NCBI GenBank assembly: GCA_030141605.1
Contig: JAQGDQ010000061.1
Location: forward strand, 369,496 to 433,495
DNA length: 64,000 bases
DNA from: Tubiluchus corallicola
Lineage: Eukaryota > Animalia > Priapulida
Reading direction: 5' to 3'
Shown: positions 1-9,000 of the stretch, one piece after another
Numbering within the stretch: the stretch's first letter is position 1
Layout of the letters: the number at the start of each line of letters is the position of its first letter
Position numbers and translations under genes: made by a program
The notes under the pieces: model-generated
Databases searched by the model: none
The model's input: the letters and a program-made list of their open reading frames with translations, nothing else
Told to the model about the DNA's origin: nothing

Positions 1-75
1 TAGGCTAGAATATAAGAAAGCAGGTTTCTGGTAAGGGTCTTCAGCTAGTGAGTGGAATTCAGATTGTCCTGATAT

Positions 76-82
76 TATAAAA
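76..82 (+). promoter_or_regulatory. Candidate TATA box (TATAAAA) of the Tyr/Gly-rich gene
   Basis: TATAAAA about 100 bp upstream of ATG 182; a chance match is plausible in AT-rich DNA. Confidence 0.35.
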
Positions 83-181
83 CAATCATAACTACGAAGT
101 GCATAGGTGAAAACGCTAAACACCATTCGGGGAGAGAGGATAAAAATATTTTCGTCAACTCCCTGAGCGGTCTTCTGCAAC

Positions 182-1182
182 ATGACTCGGAAATTAAATG
201 AATTGATTTGTGCGGTTTTACTCCTAGCAACGGTAAGTCACAAAGTATGATAGTACAAAAGCAGTCATTTCGAAAGCAATGCATCTAGATTTAAGTAAAA
301 TTAATAAGTAGGCTTATAACGAAACTGAACTTCGAGCTGCAAGAATTTTTCTAGAATATTTTTATAGGTATTAATGAACAGTTTATCATACAATATAATC
401 AAAGTAAAACAGCGAATTACAGGTCCTATGTCCTTCCACGTTTTTGCCCCAAGCTTTTGAGGTATTTTCGTGTGGTTTTAAATAGTTTGTCTTTAACAAA
501 AGAACTCTTCAGTAAAAAGTTATTCAGTTTTTTAATTTTATTTTAGTATACGACTGAGTTAAACGTATATACTATAAGTTCTAAAAGAAGCATAGATGGC
601 AAATTAAAATTCCCCTTATTATGATATTGTTATAAATTAATTGTTCTAAGTCAAACCAAGATTTGTCACTTAAATATTGTTTCCTCAAAGGCATAAAATG
701 ATAATTTATTTTCTGCAATTTGAAACGGTACTAATTATAATCATTCAAAATCTTGAGAAGAATTTTACTAATCTAACAGAATAGTAAAAAAGACTTATGT
801 ATAATTAATCTAGTAGAAACGCGTATACTTGTACTTTAAGACCACATTTAAGAACACCGATTTTTTAACTTAAGGTCTAGGACGTAAATGCTAATTAATC
901 AAGGAAAAATTTAATCTCGATTTTGCGTTTCAGGTAGTTGTTTTTACGCACGCTCAGCATGGCGGCGGCGGCTACGGATACCGACCCAGTGCTTATTATG
1001 GATACATTCAGAAGAGTAATCCCAGCCACAGATCATACGTTTACTTCCAGCGACATACTATCCCGTATGAAGACTTGTACGATTCCACATACACTGATCA
1101 TTACGTGTTCCATACACCTACTTATTATACTTATCAAAGCTACGGCAAATACAGCAGTGGTGGTGGTGGTGGATACCACTAA
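182..1182 (+). CDS. Small secreted Tyr/Gly/His-rich protein, 99 aa, two exons (182-232, 934-1182)
   Basis: Exon 1 ATG..ACG|GTAAGT encodes MTRKLNELICAVLLLAT. The acceptor TTTTGCGTTTCAG| at 933 joins it in phase 0 to VVVFTHAQHGGGGYGYRPSAYYGYIQKSNPSHRSYVYFQRHTIPYEDLYDSTYTDHYVFHTPTYYTYQSYGKYSSGGGGGYH*. A hydrophobic signal peptide spans the junction. The ORF track shows a different frame. Confidence 0.85.
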
Positions 1183-2236
1183 GGCCTGCAGCATAGAAAC
1201 GTGCGTTTTGCATAGTTTCTCACGAGTGTGAATTGGTGGTAGAAATTTAACTTGATAACTGGCCTATAAAGCACCTAGGCCTAGTTCATATATCATATGT
1301 GTAATGGGCCTAATAAGTAAATCATAATTTGCTTGTTCTGCAAATAATAATTTCTATCTAAGCAACGCTCCTGAAAACATCGTTCATGCAATATAACTTA
1401 TCTAATATGTATTAAATCAAAGCAATGCGATCATAGTTATGGTAGCTTAAAGTCAGTTGCGATTAGCATCATTATTACTGTTATCTCATAAGTAGTATAA
1501 CATCATATATTAATTTGCTAACATAACGCAATTCTTTATGATAAAAAGTTGTAGAACTTTAAACTTCCATTATAGCCTATATAAACGACACTGGTCATGA
1601 TGCTGTCAAGTAAGTATATGTCTTAAGGCCTAGAAAAACTCTTTACCACAATTGTGTAGTAAAGTTTTATCATTTTTGTTGTCTTGCCTCTTTACTAAAA
1701 GGCATTATTGTGGTTATGTCATGTATTTATCATTGTATATATTGTGTGAAATGTCTAATAATGACAAATTCTACTAAAATAGTTTACAAAAAAGATCCTA
1801 GGAACCAATTTATCAAATGTGTTACTGGTATATATTTTTATGACAAAATTAGCAAAAAATTAATCTATGACGTCTTATTACTATCATCTTAACACATCGT
1901 TTTAATGACATAAATTAGCGTAATTGCTGTGTGTCAACTAGACCAGACACAGATAAAATATTGCACTACAAGAAGAAAAACTTGTACCACGCTCGTCTGT
2001 CGAATGCTCATTAGTTTTAAAGTACATGAAAACACTTTTTATAAATAAAGGTTAAACAACTCGTTTTGAAATTTTATACGGCTTATATGCTCTATTATTG
2101 CTACAAAGGTTGCGTTAGCAGTAACGCCTTTATAAAACCAGAAAATTTAAACTCCCGCGGTGACATATAACAGTAATATAACTTTGCATGAAAAAGTTTT
2201 TTGAACACACTTTAAAAATCCCTTTCCATTCCTTAA

Positions 2237-2466
2237 AGCATTATGTATCTACAACGCTGCACCTCAGTTTCAATACTCAGCCTGTTTTCACAAACAAAGT
2301 CAGTATACCTAATACATGTCACCTGTCATTGTCTCTCACCTGAACGGAGAATTTTGACGACAGTGTTGATGTTTTTTTTATCTGAAGGCATATTTCGATT
2401 TCGTCATTTGTATTGCAACGAAGAAAGCAATTCACATTATGATTACTACATTTATAGACTAGCGCA
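2237..2466 (-). pseudogene. Old degenerate fragment of a polycystin-1-like paralogue (Cys-rich insert region)
   Basis: Aligns by eye with 7317-7545. The minus strand reads YKCSNHNVNC..EIEICLQI/KHQHCRQNSPFR*/CIRYTDFVCENRLSIETEVQRCRYIML*, against intact YKCSKHNVKC..EIETCLQICTKKHQWCRQSSQFKC..CVRNSDSACIDTLLVETKAQHCRYMML. It carries frameshifts and stops. Confidence 0.8.
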
Positions 2467-3081
2467 AAATTTGTACGGCGTACAATATGCAGTCACTTCT
2501 GAACCACCAGAAAGCATTTGCGAGTCTTTGATGGGTGTTATTTGTAGACTTCTTGGAAGACAAACAACTTCCAGGAAATGCCATTTTGTTTTTGTCTTAG
2601 TACCATATCATGTACTAAAAAGTTCGTTGTGGTAATTTAAGAGCGATCTTGAGAGTTCTTTGAACAGAGAAAAAGTGGTGTTGAAAGGCACTGCAGTTCA
2701 CTAAAACACCCCCACTGAACCGAACAGGAATAGTGTAGTTCTAAATTCCATTTCGCAAACCTTTCTCTATGAATTCATGCTCATATAAATAGCGTATCAA
2801 TACGCTTTTCGATTAATTGCACAATTATAAAGAAAATAAGTAAACTTGATTACTCTATAATATTTTTTTCCAACACTCAGTTGAATTGAATTATGTATTT
2901 ATTACACAGCAACTCAAACGTACATATAAATTGATATAATATTGAAAAAAAAATAAACTATGCTAGTTACTGTGAGGAGGAGGAAATGAACATGATCATT
3001 ACACGAGATATTCAGTCGAAAACTATGTACTCCCCCTTCCAAAAACAAATATAATGAAACAGTCATCAAAATATAATGCTA

Positions 3082-6000
3082 TTAAAATTTAGCAGAAATA
3101 GACTCATCAATCGAATATATATCATGTAGAGATGGTAGTATTTTTGCGGCATCTTGTTTTCGCTGTAACCAGGGCATTTTCTGAGTGATATAATGATAAA
3201 AACGATGAAAAATATCATAATGATTTTTCATATTTAACCAACGTTGCACTGCAATTCGATGCGATAGCATTAATATTGTTCTTAACATGCAAAGCAAAAT
3301 GACTATAGATATAAATATGAAAATAACAACGAACAGTGAGCCCAGTCCCCACTGTAAGGTCTCCAAGGCACAAAATTTACCTGATCTGAAAACCATGCGT
3401 AATAAAGTTTGAAGAGTTTTAGCATACGTGCTAAAATCTTCTTGTATGTTTGCGGAAAGCAATGTAGTCAGTACCAGCACAAACGGTACTAAAAAAATAA
3501 ATACTAGCAACCAAAAATGTAACATAGGTTGGAAGGATAGTGATAAAGTTAACCAGTAAACTGACATACTTTTGTTCAATAGTAACATGTGCCAAAGATA
3601 AATTGTTACGCTGATGACGAGTGTGCCCAATGTTATTGTAAACAAGTAATGCCAACTTACTACCTCGTAAAAGTTAACAAAACTAGACTGCTCCCCTTTA
3701 AAGTTCTTCTCTAAAAGTGTGTTAACGGCAATTGTTCTTCTGTAGAAAACTACTATACGAACAGCAGACAAAATTACTATAGTTAATAGCACATAATTCC
3801 AATAGTTACGAAAATATTCAAACTTAATTACATTGAACTTCTTAACTTCCATACATATGAAAATAATTAGTATAATTAAACAAATACCTTCAGTTACCAT
3901 GACGTGTACATCTAAAAATGTAGCATATTTTGCTATGTCCATGGTGGAGACGCTATAAAATGGAGTTACTGAACCTAGACCAGTAAATTCTACTATCAAA
4001 ATAACAATGCTAAACAAATTTGTGTTAGAATTAAATAAAGTAAGTTCAATCATTAAAGCGCGAGTGCGATCGTCTATCCACCTCGAGTTGATCAGTGATT
4101 CAATGATGGCTCTGTTTTCAGCAGTAGAATGAGTTAGTTCCACCAAATAACCGCCTCCACTGTATAAATGAAATCTACCAGGGAATGCAGGAGTCCACAA
4201 TGACAAACTAGACTGAAATGACCAGTGATCAGGAGGATAGCGGGGATATCGACTGTAGCTCCACCCAGGCCCGTAGGAGGTGGTATCTTCTCGGTGCCAA
4301 TGGTATTCACCGGTGCACTTTCGACCATACGGTTCAAAAATTGAAATCACAGAACACTGGCCTGGTTTCACTCGTACCTGACGAAATCGGACAACTCCTA
4401 TTAACCTCGTAACTAAATCAGCAGCGACTACAAATGGTACTGGTTGCCCGTTATAAAGACTCCCTGCCGTCAGACTTGGTAGCAAAGAGTTACTTACATA
4501 GTCCCATATACCTGGAACATCCGTTATTGCAGCGAACGTTGTATTTCCTTGATAGTAAGCTCCATTAATCGCAAGATCCTTAACAGTTTTGGTTACCCAG
4601 AAAAAGCTTTTGTCACGAAAGTTAAAAACTAGGGTTGATAAAATTAAAGCGAAAAAGCTAAAAAGGAGAAGTTCGCTCATTATTTTATTGAAGTTCTGTT
4701 TTTGTAGAAGTTTTTCTCTGATAACAGCAATTTCACTTTCCTTTGGAGGTCTGTATTTATATCGTCGTTCTGTAATAATTCGATGTTTAACCAGCCAGTC
4801 AGATTGCAGCCTGTTACTTTCTTCAACTTGCAATAGCTGTAATTCGGCCATTGCAGGTTCTATTTCAGGCGGATGGTTAAATATCAACGTTATCACTAGA
4901 GCCACTATTAGAACTTTTGCTGGCTGAGTTAAGCAAATGCTGGACATAACTGACACCAACATTGACAAGAGCCATTCGACACTTTTCTGATAGCCAAATT
5001 TTAAACCATAAAGCATGACTAAATAAGTACAAATCAATGAAATGCTAATAGTTAACAACCAAGCGATACACACAAACCACCATGGCAAAATCACGACTGG
5101 ACTGCCATAGACGTCCTTCCCAGTGCAGAGTGAAAAGGGAAATGGTATCGATTTTATGTGATTGTCAATGCTCATGGTAGAACTTGTACTCTGTGAGTCT
5201 ATGCTGAAGTCGTCACTGTATTTATAAGCGATGTCTATGTTAGATTCCACTCTATTTTTTCGACTAATATCTGTGGAATAAATGTAGGGATTTCTTTTCA
5301 GTGATATTACAGATTTTCTAGTCGAATGTCTGTTTTGATCTAATGCAGGAACGCACTTTGGCAGCATTTCTATAATTCTTCTTGCCTCCACAATGTTGTG
5401 CTGTATTTCCTTTAAGGTTTCAATTTCGATGTGTCTAGTGTTATTTATCCACTTCAGCCAATCATTTTCACTTCCAAACAAGACAACGTTTTCTTTCGCT
5501 GTTTCTTCAAAATTTCTTGCGAAATCGCTTTCAATTAAGCTCTCGTTTTCTGTATGATCACGATTTCTTCTAAAGCGCCATCCAAAAGAAAAAGGCTTGA
5601 AACGATTGCCCGAATAAGGTTTTGCAGAGCGGAACATTTGAATAATAAGTATGTTGATTGGAAAAGTAATTAAGACACTTGCAACACCAATATAAATTTG
5701 AGTCCAAGATAACTGAATGTCCCCTATTATTATTTGAGTCTCAGGCGTATTGGTGGCTATCCCGTAAAACATAATGTTGGAAAGCATGGCAGTCAGCATC
5801 AATGACAAAGCACATGATAGCCTTTGAACTCTTGTAAAACTACTTCTAGGTGGTCTGTAAAACACACTTGCCCACAAGTGGCCGTCTCTAAAGCCTCGCA
5901 AAGCTCTATGAGCAAAGATGTGAGTAAACCTTACAAGTTCATGTTTGAAGGCTGGGAAGAGCCTACACTTCACAGTCTGTGGGCCACGATCAATAGCTAG

Positions 6001-9000
6001 CCAGTTATTGTAGGGAAAACACCAGACTGCATTTGTTTGTACGTCTTTTAAAATGACTAGTTTTAGAAACCAATTAGGATCATATCCAGAATTATCATGC
6101 CATATTTCGACAGCAATAATTTCGCCAAGACATTGATGTGTAGTCATCAGAAACCAATCGTCAGCTCCGCTGTCAAATGTTGATCTGTCTTTATGATAAA
6201 GCTTAATAGGCAAACTATTTCCATTTTTACCTTCAATTAAAAATGTCACTTTAGCAGTTGTCCCTGCACCTTGCCTCAATCCTGTGAACGTAATGATGAG
6301 GTATGTATACTTATCAATGGGATTATTGTCTTCCAGTACTGTCACACCTACCCGCGTGGTATCCTTTTGATCATTTCTCCTTGCATATATAAGCAAGGTC
6401 AAATACAGCAGCCACACGACTAGCATGAACACAATAATTACCGGATTGTCAAAAAATGTCGCAAACAGAACAACATCTTCAAATGGATCAATCTGATTTG
6501 GTTTTACAACAATGGCTCCAGTAAATATGGTCATATGATAGCATTTACAATGAATTCGACTTGGCGTTGTTAATGGGCCCGCAAAACATCCACCGTCCAA
6601 CCAATTGTACAATGATATGTTCCAATATAGACACTTTACTGAGTAAAAGCTGAGATTGAAGTCAACACGTTGTATGGGTGGGTTAACAGTAGGAGTTAAA
6701 TTTGCAACCACGTAGCAGGAAAATATTTTTTCGTTTTCTAATGGGCTACCCTCCAGCCAAGTCATACAGGGACAAGTAAACTCTAGCTGTTCATCCTTGA
6801 CAACTATCTTTTCCAGGAGCCACGCTGCTCCTATTCCCTGGTTATTGTGCCAAACAGTAATTTTTTCCAATTTTCCAATTGACTTTGACTTTATTGTAAA
6901 TTTTTCAACTGTAGCTCGTTTAAACGTTCTTTTAGAAAGCAGCAGCTCATTTGTAATTCTGCGATTACCATGAAGTCTAAGATACACACGTGCCCTGGTA
7001 CCACTATCCTTAATATCAGCTGTATGTAAAAACACAAAGTATGTCAAATCTGGCTCCTGAAATGCAGGAGTTGCAGCTTCGTTTTGCTCTTCATTTGTTT
7101 TCCATGGAATATTAGCACAATTATCATTGTTCTTAATTACGTACTGCCTGCATACTTGATTAGCCATTGAATAACAAGATGTGCGTAGGTTTTTGCAGGC
7201 TTTGACGCAATTTTGTGTAACTTCTGCATCACATTTAGGCAGACATTGATAACAAGTTGCATTACAAGAAACAAAACTTGTGTCACACTCACCTGCCGAC
7301 TGTTCGTCGCATTTCAACATCATATATCTACAATGCTGTGCCTTGGTTTCAACAAGCAGTGTATCAATACAAGCAGAGTCACTATTCCTAACACAACTTT
7401 TTACAGTTTCGCACTTGAATTGAGAACTCTGACGACACCACTGATGCTTTTTCGTACAAATCTGAAGACAAGTTTCAATTTCGAGAGATGTACTGCAATC
7501 ATGAGAGCATTTCACATTATGTTTACTGCATTTGTAGTCTAGCACAGACAGACATTGTCTGTGCTGAGAATCACAATAACGAGAAATATTTTTACAGTTT
7601 TCAACCCAATCATTATAGCATGCATACTTCTGCATGCAGTTATCTACACTGCAAATCCTACTTGCATTTACTTTGCACGAAGCTTCATGTAGGCTGCCAT
7701 CACAATCGCTGTAAATCCCTGACATACACTCGACATTTTCTGACTTACATCTAAGAGATGGATGGAAGCACGAAGGCTCATAATAAGAGTCAAATAAAAT
7801 GCCAGCGAAATACTTAATGGATACGTTCTGTTCATTATAGAAACTCACAATATTGTCAGCAAACTGTCTACTATAATAGCCTCCATTTATGGCAGGAATG
7901 TGAAAAACAGTGGAACCATCATTGAAGTTTTCAATCACAGGTCTTTTGCCAGTTTTGGTAACGACCTTTAATGCAACTCCGACAGGCATGTCTTGAAAAG
8001 ACATTATAGCTGTAGTATGAGCAGTAAGAACAAATGAGTGAACAGTGATGTACTTGTTGGACAAATGATTTTCAAGTTTCACAAAAGATGATTTTGAGTA
8101 CTTTGCATCAGCTGCAACATCCATGAAAAATTCTAAGGGCTCAGAAAGTTCATCAAATTCAGTTCTAGAATGCCTCAGCTGTCTGCCAATAGATAAACTT
8201 GCAATAGGAATGCTACTGTGAAGCGTTGACTCAAAAGGTGTGAATATATTTTGTTTTATGGACAAAATCTCTAATTCCAGTTCATCTTCATGTTCTTGCA
8301 TTTTTGAAAGGGCTGCGGCAGAAGGCAACTGAAAATGACCAAAACCATTTAACTGCAGTTCCGAACCTCCTAAATGACTGACCTTTTGCCGTGCTACTCT
8401 AAGCATTAATAGATTTGTCGTGAAAGTAGTTGGTTCATCATATACAATTTTATGACGTAAAATAGCTGATGCTGCATTTTGAATCGTGTCAATTGATTTC
8501 AGAATTATATTTTTAACCTGTGTAATATTTTCACGTTTGTGACGAAATGTATTTTGAAGTTCTCTTTTTGAAAGTTGTTTAAATTTTTCATCATTAGATG
8601 TGCTAGTTCGTTTAGTAGTTTCACCAAGAATAATGGATACCGCAAGCAGAAGAGCACTTGTAGTATCTTCTAAATCATTCACGTTTATATCTTCTGTGCT
8701 TTGTTTCATAAATGTTGCAATATCGTGAAACTTCGCAGTGATAGGTACTTTGATTTCGGGATTTAGGTCGGCATCAGAAGTGATGACTTGGCTCATCATT
8801 GATGATAGGAATTTCATAACTTTGTGAGTGGACACAGGAACTTGAATAAGTTGATTTACCACCAACGTTTGGATCTCAGATTTCATCTCAGTAACTTTCT
8901 GTACAAATTCAGGGTCTTCTGTTTCATTTTGTTTTCTTATTTTACTTACTTCCTCCATTATAACTTTCAAAGTCTGAATAAAATCAAGAATGTCTGTTTC

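Noticed and set aside
938-1231. 97-aa ORF in the track
   Set aside because: Wrong frame; the spliced Tyr/Gly-rich frame (934-1182) has splice and signal-peptide support.
2243-2635. 130-aa plus-strand ORF with a similar ORF at 24488-24724
   Set aside because: The similarity is explained by DNA duplication, and the protein-like signal is on the minus strand (PKD fossil).
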